Origin: Candidatus Kapaibacterium sp.
GTDB lineage: Bacteria > Bacteroidota > Ignavibacteria > Kapaibacteriales > UBA2268
Direction: 5' to 3'
NCBI GenBank assembly: GCA_963665665.1
Contig: OY762428.1
Location: forward strand, 1,312,001-1,376,000
Length of the DNA: 64,000 nucleotides
Numbering within the stretch: the first letter of the stretch is position 1; the number at the start of each line of letters is the position of its first letter. The notes below the pieces were generated by a model. That model ran no database searches, had not been told where the DNA came from, and saw only the letters and a list, made by a program, of their open reading frames with translations. Position numbers and translations under genes: made by a program. This document shows, in pieces, positions 33,495 to 42,481 of this stretch.

Positions 33495-34667
33495 CAATGC
33501 CAAAACAAAATGAACACGCCCGGGTTTACCACTTTGACCTTTACGGGAAAAGAAATGAAAAATATGAATTCCTGAAGGAAAATACTCTTGATTCAATCCG
33601 GTGGAACGAGCTTGAAAACAGGAAACCGGAATATTTCTTTGTTAAAAAGGATTGGGAAGAGGAAATAGATTACTGTAAGGGATTTCGTCTAGATAAATTA
33701 TTTGAAAAATATGCTAGTGGTATTAAAACTCATGATGATAAAAATCTAATTTCAAATAAAAAATTCAATGAAAACAATAACAAGTATTTTTATAGACCAT
33801 TTGATGTTCAATTTATCAATTATGATTTGAATAAAGTTAAAAGACATAGATTTTCTTTGATGAAACATCTTATGGTAAATAATATAGCTATCCTTATTCC
33901 GAGACAAGCCATTACTTATCGATTTGGATTTTTTATCAGTAAAGGTTTAACAGATATTAATTATACAGGCACTGCCGGACAATTTGGGGCTGGTTTAACA
34001 TTCCCCCTCTATCTCTACCCCGAGGATAACGGGCAGCAGACTTTAGAGCAGGCAACCACCCCTGCTCCTCCGGCGGAGGGGAATAGGAAACCCAACCTGA
34101 ATATGGAAATTGTAAGCAAAATAGCCGGGAAGATAGGCGCAGGATTCGTTCCGGAAAAATTCCCCTCCGGTGGAGGGGTGGCGAGCGCAGCGAGACGGGG
34201 TGGTGTTTCCGACTCCTCCACCCGAGGGGTGGCCGAAGGCTCCCGACACGTCGGGACAGGCCGGGGTGGTGTTTCTTACTCCAACGGAGGAGATAATGGT
34301 GAGGTTCTGGCCCCGATAGACATTCTCGACTACATATACGCCGTACTGCATTCTCCCGCCTACAGGGAAAAATACAAGGAATTCCTGAAAATAGATTTCC
34401 CGAGGGTTCCCTATCCCAAAAACGCGGACACATTTTGGAAGCTTGTAAAGATCGGCGGCGAACTGCGGCAGATACACCTGCTGGAAAGCCCCGCCGTGGA
34501 AAACTACATAACCCAATACCCCGTTGACGGCGACAACACAGTAGAAAAACCCGTCTATGAACAAGGGGCTTCAGCCCCTTGCACCCCTCATACCGAAGGA
34601 GGGGATGAGGAACAAAACATTTCTTCTGATACAAATTCCCCTCCTCGTGGAGGAGGGGATAAAGGGG

Positions 34668-36023
34668 CATATGCGCTAACTTAGTGAAAATAAGTAATTC
34701 ATACTACTTTGCCTTTTTCGATGTCCTTCTTTTAGGCAATTAGAAACATCATCCCAGTTGTTAATACATTGATACAAAGTAATACCGGGACTGATGATTT
34801 TCAATAAAATATCTTTAACAAATACATTTTCACGCCATTGTGATGTACTCCTTTTATCATTCTCTTTTATTAAACCTGTAGCCCCAGGGGGAAAAACGCT
34901 CACCTTCATCGATAATAGCCTGAGTAAGGAGAGCTGTGATCATCTTAGCATAAAGCCACGCTCGTGCAGAGTTTTTATCTTTTTTTGGTAAATGCCCCAA
35001 GCCAAATTGACTTTTTAGTTTTTTAAATGAAATTTCAACCTGCCATCTCATTCTATATAATTCTAAGATATTATTAGAAGATATATCATTAATCAAAGAA
35101 GTCACCAAAACAATATAATCATTAAGTCCTAAAGCTGTAGAACTGATTGTCTGTTGTTTTCTAGCAAAATTCTTTTTTGCTTTCTTTCTGGATAACTCAG
35201 CTTGCTCCTTGCTTTTTTTGATAGCACATATACGTACAGGAATCTTTTTATTTTTTGAGGAGGAGGAGGAAATATAAAATATTTTGTCAAATATTTGATC
35301 TAACTTTAAACTTTTTAATTCTTTAATAATATCAACTTTATCATTTTTACTATTATATAGTGTAAAACCTTTATGCTTATATCTGACAACAAAATTTGCT
35401 TTCTTTCCGAGAATTTCTGAAATACCCTTATAACTGCAATATGCTCTGTCAATTAAAAAAAGATCAGAAGAGTTAATTTTGAAATTAGATATAGACTCAC
35501 CGACTTTTGGGCTGGTAATAATAAATTCGTCACACTTGAGGTTGAACAGATTATGGCTGTAATGAAGTCTCCAGTCAGTACCTGTTGACCCCGGCTCAGT
35601 AACAACAGACGCATCGATACATCTTACATTGAAATCCGACAGCCATTCTGGGGAATCTAATGATATCCCCCTATTATGAATCAATCCTAATGCAATCCAG
35701 CGAAGCCAATCAGCAGACGTCCTCATTTTTTTTAATAACGCAACATCTGATATATCTATATTTCTTTCATATTTAAGCTTAGTAGCAACCACCCTCATAG
35801 AATGCCCCGTTGCTACATGCATAAGTATTGCTCGAAGTTGCTCAGAAGGTGAATCAAATGCCCTGCGACGTTGGAAAGCCTGGAGTTCTTTAGCCTTTAA
35901 TTCCCATCCCAAAGGAAGTAAGGTTGTAACTACATCCCATTCTTCTATATGCTTGTTGTACTTTTCCATTTACAAATATAAAAAAATTATATATAAAAAT
36001 CAAACACTAAGTTAGCGCTTATG
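34668..36023 (-). mobile_element. IS4-family insertion sequence, 1356 bp
   Basis: 19-bp TIRs catatgcgctaacttagtg (34668-34686) and cactaagttagcgcttatg (36005-36023), 1 mismatch; 11-bp TSD ggataaagggg at 34657-34667 and 36024-36034. Confidence 0.93.
34857..35969 (-). CDS. IS4-family DDE transposase
   Basis: IDAS, LIDRAY, YRMRWQVEISFKKLK (YREK signature). Confidence 0.92.
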   Translation of the reverse strand: MEKYNKHIEEWDVVTTLLPLGWELKAKELQAFQRRRAFDSPSEQLRAILMHVATGHSMRVVATKLKYERNIDISDVALLKKMRTSADWLRWIALGLIHNRGISLDSPEWLSDFNVRCIDASVVTEPGSTGTDWRLHYSHNLFNLKCDEFIITSPKVGESISNFKINSSDLFLIDRAYCSYKGISEILGKKANFVVRYKHKGFTLYNSKNDKVDIIKELKSLKLDQIFDKIFYISSSSSKNKKIPVRICAIKKSKEQAELSRKKAKKNFARKQQTISSTALGLNDYIVLVTSLINDISSNNILELYRMRWQVEISFKKLKSQFGLGHLPKKDKNSARAWLYAKMITALLTQAIIDEGERFSPWGYRFNKRE

Positions 36024-36284
36024 GGATAAAGGGGAGGTCGGAAGAGTTTACATCAACGCCACCCAATACTTCTCGGGCGTACCCGAAGCAGCCTGGAACT
36101 TCTACATAGGCGGATACCAGCCCGCCCAAAAATGGCTTAAAGACCGCAAGGGCCGCCAACTCAGCTTCGAGGATATTTTCCACTACCAGAAAATAATTAT
36201 TGCCCTTACCGAAACAGACAGGCTTATGAAAGAAGTTGATGAGGTGGGGGTGGAGTGAGAATTGAAAAAATTTGAGAACAAAGA

Positions 36285-36899
36285 ATGAAAAATTATGAAG
36301 TAACTTTTGAAATAGCAAAAAAAATAAAAAATACGGATTATCTATCTTTGAAACTTACTGAAGATAGAAATGCTGGATGGGAAGAAGCAATTGATATGTT
36401 CGATAAAAGAATCAAGGAACGTTTTCTTGATCCAATTGATGTATTAATAAAAAACGAAGATTGTTTACCATCTGATCAAAAAAAATTTGGATTTGTGATA
36501 ATGGCTATAGATTTTATGCTAATTGAAACTTTACAATCATTCAGAGAAGGTGTTACAAATTCATCTGGTAAATCAAGAGATTTATTTGTAAGTTTTCTAA
36601 AAAAAGGAAATGCATTTAAGGAATATTTTGTAGATAAATTTAATCCTGAAGAAGTTTATAAAGATTTTCGATGTGGGATCATACATCAAACTCAAACTTT
36701 CAGAAACACAAAGGTGTGGACAATAGGTGATTTAATATTTAAATCTGATGAATTTACCATTATTAATAGAGAACTATTTCATGAGAAAGTTATTAATGAA
36801 TTTTATGAATACAAGGAAAATTTAATAAATTCTTCGAATATTGATCTTCGAAAAAAATTCATCGTAAAAATGGATTACATTAGTGGTAAGGATAATTGA
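36285..36899 (+). CDS. Hypothetical protein, putative HEPN (RX4H)
   Basis: IETLQSFREG...FRCGIIHQ; directly downstream of RM gene. Confidence 0.6.
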   Translation: MKNYEVTFEIAKKIKNTDYLSLKLTEDRNAGWEEAIDMFDKRIKERFLDPIDVLIKNEDCLPSDQKKFGFVIMAIDFMLIETLQSFREGVTNSSGKSRDLFVSFLKKGNAFKEYFVDKFNPEEVYKDFRCGIIHQTQTFRNTKVWTIGDLIFKSDEFTIINRELFHEKVINEFYEYKENLINSSNIDLRKKFIVKMDYISGKDN

Positions 36900-36942
36900 T
36901 AAATCTGAAATTAATTTTTAGAATAATTTGTAGGATTGAGAT

Positions 36943-38574
36943 ATGAGGATAGTATTTATTTCATTATTGTTGATTATAAATTTGAATGATATTGTTGCAA
37001 AAGAATTTTCCGCAAAAGAAATTTTCAATCTCTTTCACAATTCAGTAGCGACAGTTGTTTGCTATGAACAAGGTAAAGTTAGTTCTCAAGGAAGTTGCTT
37101 TTTCATTGATTCAAATATTATTGCAACCAATTATCATGTTGTTGAATGGAGTGATTCTGCATCCATTATTACAAGCTCAAAAGAATCAATTCCAATAAAT
37201 GAATTAGTAGCCTATGATATAAAAAATGATATTGCTCTGTTGAAAGTTGGAAGAAAGTTAGAACAAATGCAACTTCCAAAAATTAATTTTCATTATCCTG
37301 AAATTGGATCAGAATGTTTTGTAATTGGTACGCCAAAGGGGATGGAAAATACCTTTTCCCAGGGAATAATTTCATCCATAAGAACAGAAGACTCAAATAA
37401 TGTTTATATCCAAACAACAGCTCCAATATCTTCTGGTTCAAGTGGTAGTCCTTTATTTCTAAATAATGGAGAGATTTGTGGTATAATAACATCTCAATTA
37501 GTTGACGGTCAGAATATAAATTTTGCCAGACCTGCCAAATTAATTCATTCTTTACCTTTATCAGAATTTACATCACTTGAAAAACACTACAAATATTATG
37601 ATAATATCAGGCATATCAATATAACTACTATTGAGGCAGCCCTACATGCTTATGGTTGGAAATTAACTGATATATCGCCTGAAGATTTTAAAATTATAAT
37701 TACAGAAATTGCTTTATCAATACCTGATTTTAGTAAGGAAACAATTATCGATTTATCAACTGCAAAAAAAATTGTTTCAGATATATTAGGGAGAAAAAAA
37801 GTACCAGTTGAGAATAATGCAAGAAATAAATATATTGATGATTTTTATGATGATTTTTATGATGATTTTTATGATGATTATCATAATAATTATCATAATA
37901 ATTATTATTATGATAATTATTCAAATAACGATAACTATTCAGAGAACTCTTCATACCCTAACTTCATAATTATTAATGGTATAAAATTTTGTTTTGATTT
38001 CCACACTGATATAACTTCAGATTTAATCAATCCAGAAATAAAAAATGGTAAAATGAATATAGCAGTTAGCTTCGAATATGAATTTCTTTTCAGGCTTTAC
38101 AAATATTTTGATATTGGGCTTGGTATTCAAGCAATGCTGCCAAGGGATGTTTATTCTTTTGATGGTGATGGTATGTATAGTGAAGATTTTGTTAAGCAGG
38201 ATTTTTTACTCATACCAATTCATACAATATTTCATTTCAATTTTCTTAATTGGACAGATTTTCATTTCGAGAAATTTATTGCAAGATATACATCAGTCTA
38301 TCTATTAGGAAAATTTGGAATAATTCAATATGGTGAATTAATTGATATTAACGGAAAAAAAATTCTCTGCAAAAATTGGTTTAAAACTCAGGACATTAAA
38401 GATCATTCAGTATTTTCATTTGGTATTGGCTGGTCTGTAGAAAGTAAAAATGGAATTGGTTTCCTAGTAGAATTAACTTATCAGAATTTTACAAATTATT
38501 TTTCATTTGACCAAATGAAAAAGAAGACATTAAAATTAGATCAAATTCAATTCAATTTGGGTTTAAGATTTTAA
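36943..38574 (+). CDS. Trypsin-like (S1) serine protease with C-terminal beta-barrel-like region
   Basis: Signal peptide, ATNYHVV, NDIALL, ISSGSSGSP triad; ends QFNLGLRF. Confidence 0.8.
   Translation: MRIVFISLLLIINLNDIVAKEFSAKEIFNLFHNSVATVVCYEQGKVSSQGSCFFIDSNIIATNYHVVEWSDSASIITSSKESIPINELVAYDIKNDIALLKVGRKLEQMQLPKINFHYPEIGSECFVIGTPKGMENTFSQGIISSIRTEDSNNVYIQTTAPISSGSSGSPLFLNNGEICGIITSQLVDGQNINFARPAKLIHSLPLSEFTSLEKHYKYYDNIRHINITTIEAALHAYGWKLTDISPEDFKIIITEIALSIPDFSKETIIDLSTAKKIVSDILGRKKVPVENNARNKYIDDFYDDFYDDFYDDYHNNYHNNYYYDNYSNNDNYSENSSYPNFIIINGIKFCFDFHTDITSDLINPEIKNGKMNIAVSFEYEFLFRLYKYFDIGLGIQAMLPRDVYSFDGDGMYSEDFVKQDFLLIPIHTIFHFNFLNWTDFHFEKFIARYTSVYLLGKFGIIQYGELIDINGKKILCKNWFKTQDIKDHSVFSFGIGWSVESKNGIGFLVELTYQNFTNYFSFDQMKKKTLKLDQIQFNLGLRF
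37837..37905 (+). repeat. In-frame 12-bp tandem repeats
   Basis: gatgatttttat x3 then cataataattat x2 (DDFY/HNNY). Confidence 0.85.
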
Positions 38575-38622
38575 TAAATTCAAATTACTTTTTTTAACAA
38601 TTTTACTTATAAAGGGATAAGT

Positions 38623-39108
38623 ATAACTGAAGTAGATATTTTAATTAAAAAAACAGGAATTAATAAAGACCTATGCCTGAAATTCTTCTTTCTTTTCTCA
38701 AGATTCGAATACAGTTTGAAAAGGGCAGGTTATATGAAGAAGGGATATAGGGATATTTGTGAACCTGATTGGAATAAATTTCGTGATAAATACCAAGACA
38801 AAATTGAGGAAGATATTCTGAATGATAGTAGAATTATTTATTTAGTAAATAATCCCCCTAAGCAACAGATAATAAACTCTAAAAATAAAATTGGATGGAA
38901 AGATATTGAAAATAGGAACAAAGTAAAAAAATTGATTTTATCTCTAAAAACCATAAGAAACAATTTATTTCATGGAGGGAAATATCCATGTGGAGAAAAA
39001 GAAGAAGATGGTAGAAATAAAAAACTACTAGAACATGGTATTTATATATTATTATCATTAAAGGATATTGATACAAAAGTTAAAGAATACTTTGAATATG
39101 ATATTTAA
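38623..39108 (+). CDS. Hypothetical protein, putative HEPN (RX4H)
   Basis: IRNNLFHGGK; frame is open upstream of the TTG at 38716 through FFFLFSRFEYSLK, so start tentatively placed at ATA 38623. Confidence 0.6.
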   Translation: MTEVDILIKKTGINKDLCLKFFFLFSRFEYSLKRAGYMKKGYRDICEPDWNKFRDKYQDKIEEDILNDSRIIYLVNNPPKQQIINSKNKIGWKDIENRNKVKKLILSLKTIRNNLFHGGKYPCGEKEEDGRNKKLLEHGIYILLSLKDIDTKVKEYFEYDI

Positions 39109-39152
39109 TCCCCCCATCCTCAACTTAATGGCAGATGAGATGAAGCCGCCCT

Positions 39153-39434
39153 GTCCCCCGCTGGCAGTGGACAAATTCCCGATTAATCGGGACAAGCTGG
39201 GGCCGGCAGTAAGTGGAGTTCCGGAAAATTCCCCTCGTTGAGGGGTGGCGAGCGCAGCGAGTTCCCGACACGTCGGGACAGGCAGGGGTGGATTCTTTTT
39301 CTTAACCTCCCTTATCCACGAGCTAAAGCACGTGGCTATTGAACTTGATAAAAGGCGGGGGAGTTAATTCTATGATATTTAATTCTTATCCCCTCCTCGC
39401 GGAGGAGGGGATTATAGGGGAGGTCGGGGGAGGT
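39153..39434. repeat. Composite palindromic repeat cluster including one copy of the 132-bp array unit
   Basis: 39153-39296 resembles 40912-41031; 39285-39424 matches the unit of the 42-44.8 kb array. Confidence 0.85.
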
Positions 39435-40685
39435 TCACACCTGCAATATCTCGGCCATTGCCTGGACGCTCGGTTCGCTGCGCTGCTCCCCGGCGGTGGC
39501 AATTATGTAGTAGTAGTGGCGGGTCTGGGCGGCAACCTCGTAATCAAGGTAGCGTGTGGCGCTGGTTTCCACTATCTTGCTGAACGTTCCCGGAGGGTCG
39601 TTTATGGGGGTTATCGAGCGCCATATCTCATAAAGATCGGCACGTGCGGATTCCGCCCATGTCACTTCCACATTGTTCTGTTCCACCCTCGGGGCGGGGG
39701 CATCGCCCGGGGCTGCCGGCGCTCCGCTGTAGTGGGCATAAACCCAGGCCGGCGGCAGCAGCGTGTCATCAAGTTCGGCTGTGATCGGAGCGGTAAAATC
39801 GCCGTAGCCGTGCTGGTTGCGGGCACGAACGCAGAACTCCCAGTTTCCCGCACCGGGGAAAAAGTTGCTGCTTGTTTCGCTGCCATGATAGCCCTGCTCC
39901 CAGTTGTCCGAGCTCCCGGCAGCACGGTATGCCAGCTGGTAGCTCGTGGCTGTTTCCACTGCATCCCATGAGAAAATTCCCGTATCGAAATTGTAGGTGA
40001 AATCCGCAGGAACGCCGGGAAGCCTGCCGCCATGCCGCGGCCTGGGGTTCACCATGCCGATATAATCAATCCTCGCGTCCTCTTTGCCCATAACGGCAAA
40101 CCACCAGGACTTCAGGGAATTCAGCTTTTTGGTATCATATTCTATCAAATCTGTCAGCTCTGTGGTGGCGTGCTTTGCCTCTGCTCTTTCCACGTCCTGA
40201 GCTTCCAGCGCGGCCTTGAAATCCGTCATTGCCGTGGTCAGCCTTGTTATCAGAACGTCAGGGATAAGATGCACAATCCCTTCGGCCTGATGCCTTGCAT
40301 GAACGTTCAGCACATTTTCCACCCGCGCTATACACTGATACCTTTCCTGCGGGTAAGCCGTATCGAAATCAAAATCCTCCAGGTTCACCGGGTCGTCCAC
40401 GTAGGCGGCCATTCCCGTGCTGCGGCAGTTCTGGTATTCTTCCTCCATTTTTTCTTCTTTCAGCGTAACATCCAGGGTTGCGCCCTCGCTTTCTCCGTGC
40501 TCGGTTTCGGAACCGCTCCATTTCTGCATAAAAATATCATAGCATCCCGAAGCCCATCCGGTAATTTCCGGCGGGGCGTTTAATTCGGGCTGAATAACGG
40601 GCAGGTTTGCCTGTATGGTGTGCAGACGCTCGGCGCGAACGCCGTAAGAATCTCGAGAGAAAATGTTATCAAGGATAATAGCCAT
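39435..40685 (-). CDS. Hypothetical protein with C-terminal fibronectin type III-like domains
   Basis: AAAGGAG upstream; helical N-half; FSWDAV...SYQLAYR...FCVRARNQHGYG and VTWAES...YYYIIAT FN3-like strands. Confidence 0.75.
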   Translation of the reverse strand: MAIILDNIFSRDSYGVRAERLHTIQANLPVIQPELNAPPEITGWASGCYDIFMQKWSGSETEHGESEGATLDVTLKEEKMEEEYQNCRSTGMAAYVDDPVNLEDFDFDTAYPQERYQCIARVENVLNVHARHQAEGIVHLIPDVLITRLTTAMTDFKAALEAQDVERAEAKHATTELTDLIEYDTKKLNSLKSWWFAVMGKEDARIDYIGMVNPRPRHGGRLPGVPADFTYNFDTGIFSWDAVETATSYQLAYRAAGSSDNWEQGYHGSETSSNFFPGAGNWEFCVRARNQHGYGDFTAPITAELDDTLLPPAWVYAHYSGAPAAPGDAPAPRVEQNNVEVTWAESARADLYEIWRSITPINDPPGTFSKIVETSATRYLDYEVAAQTRHYYYIIATAGEQRSEPSVQAMAEILQV

Positions 40686-40775
40686 AATTATAGCTCCTTT
40701 ATTATTTTGAAAAATAACGGGATTGTATTATCCCGCGGATATTATTTTAAATTTGTTGCTTGATTGCCTCCGGAC

Positions 40776-41110
40776 TTCTTTTTCCGATTGAAGTTATTAT
40801 AGTTGCCGGGATGTCATTCTGAGCGAAGCGAAGGATCCATTCTTTATGCACTATCTGCAAACGAAAATGGATTCTTCTGTCGCTTCGCTCTGTCAGAATG
40901 ACGGATGGGAATGTCCCCCGCTGGCGGGGGTGTCCGAAGGACGGGGGTGGACTTCCGGAAAAATTCCCCTCGTTGAGGGGTGGCGAGCGCAGCGAGTTCC
41001 CGACACGTCGGGACAGGCTGGGGTGGATTCTTCACACACTATCTGCAAACAAAGATGGATTCTTCCGTCGCTTCGCTCCTGAAGCCTGCCCCGACGTGTC
41101 GGGGAATGAC
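40776..41110. repeat. Cluster of palindromic elements (GTCATTCTGAG...AGAATGAC pair, CCCC/GGGG hairpins, CCCGACACGTCGGG inserts)
   Basis: Direct reading; shares segments with 29347-29429, 34160-34270, 39153-39296 and 44791-44874. Confidence 0.85.
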
Positions 41111-41340
41111 AACATAACACCTCATTCTTTTGCTCAGTTTACCCATTCTTCCACCCCAATGAACAGGCCGCAGGACTTAATTCCCTATCCTGTGGTTTCA
41201 ATGAACCGGATAATTTCCTTACTTCAATGCTGTTTTGAACCAGAATTCAAATGTTTGGGCTAATTGCTTTGTTGGCAGGGCTTTAAACTGCCTTGGCCGG
41301 AGGTATTGAACTACTGTTTGGCCTTATTGTAGTGAAATTT

Positions 41341-41860
41341 GGCCTTATTGAGGACTTGTTTAGCCTTATTGAGGACTTGTTTGGCCTTATTGAGGACTTG
41401 TTTGGCCTTACTGAGGACTTGTTTGACCTTATTGAGGTCTTGTTTGACCTTACTGAGGACTTGTTTGACCTTATTGATGTCTTGTTTGACTTTACTGAGG
41501 TCTTGTTTGGCCTTACTGAGGACTTGTTTAGCCTTACTGAGGACTTGTTTAGCCTTATTGAGGTCTTGTTTGGCCTTACTGAGGACTTGTTTGACCTTAT
41601 TGAGGTTACTCATTATCTTCAAACAAGGCATCATTATCTTCAAACAAGGCAGCAATGACTCCGACCAAGGCGTCAATGCCTTCAAACAAGGCATCAATGA
41701 CTCCGACCAAGGCAGCAATAAAGCAAAACATTGCTGCAATAGCTTCAACCAAGAGTTCATTATCTTCAACCAAGAGTTCATTATCTTCAACCAAGGCAGC
41801 AATGACTTCGAACAAGGCAGCAATAAAGCAAAACATTGCTGCAATAGGTGCAAACAAGAC
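41341..41860. repeat. 21-bp-period tandem repeats (two consecutive families)
   Basis: ggccttattgaggacttgttt about 12-13x (41341-41606), then cattatcttcaaacaaggcag-type units. Confidence 0.9.
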
Positions 41861-42481
41861 CTCAATACCTCTGACCCCTCCCAAACCCTCCCCGAAGGAG
41901 ATGGCTTTGATGGAAAATAAGGAGGCAATGGGTTCGAACATCGGTGCATTACCATAGACCCTTCCTACCTCCCCCCGTCCCCCTCCTTCAAAAGGAGGGG
42001 GAGTTAATTCTATGTTATTTAACTTCTTATCCCCTCCTAAAGTAGGAGGGGAATAAAGGGGTGGATTCTTTTTCTTAGCTTCCCTTATCCACGAGATAGA
42101 GCACCTGGCTATTGAATTTGATGAAAGCAGGGGGAGTTAATTCTATGATATTTAATTTCTTATCCCCTCCTAAAGTAGGAGGGGAATACAGGGGTGGTTT
42201 TGTTTCTTAGCTTCCCTTATCCACGAGATAGAGCACCTGGCTATTGAATTTGATGAAAGCAGGAGGAGTTAATTCTATGATATTTAATTTCTTATCCCCT
42301 CCTAAAGTAGGAGGGGAATACAGGGGTGGTTTTGTTTCTTAGCTTCCCTTATCCACGAGATAGAGCACCTGGCTATTGAATTTGACGAAAGCAGGGGGAG
42401 TTAATTCTATGATATTTAACTTCTTATCCCCTCCTAAAGTAGGAGGGGAATACAGGGGAGGTCGGGACAGGAAGCAGGAAT

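Larger units (their letters stand above)
33497..36258 (+). pseudogene. RM enzyme C-terminal/specificity part, interrupted by IS4-family element
   Basis: FPLYLYP, LDYIYAVLHSPAYREKYKEFLKIDFPRVP; removing 34668-36034 restores the frame into EVGRVYINATQYF...IGGYQPAQKWLKDRKG...EVGVE* (stop 36258). Confidence 0.88.

Noticed and set aside
31346-33560. Classical integron
   Set aside because: No tyrosine recombinase in the window and no recognisable attC core sites; reported instead as an integron-like arrangement
39339-40583. Plus-strand ORFs 39339-39971 and 40032-40583
   Set aside because: Antisense shadows of the GC-rich FN3 gene; the first begins inside a repeat unit
40844-41263. Short ORFs across the repeat cluster
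   Set aside because: Translations are just the palindromic repeats read in different frames
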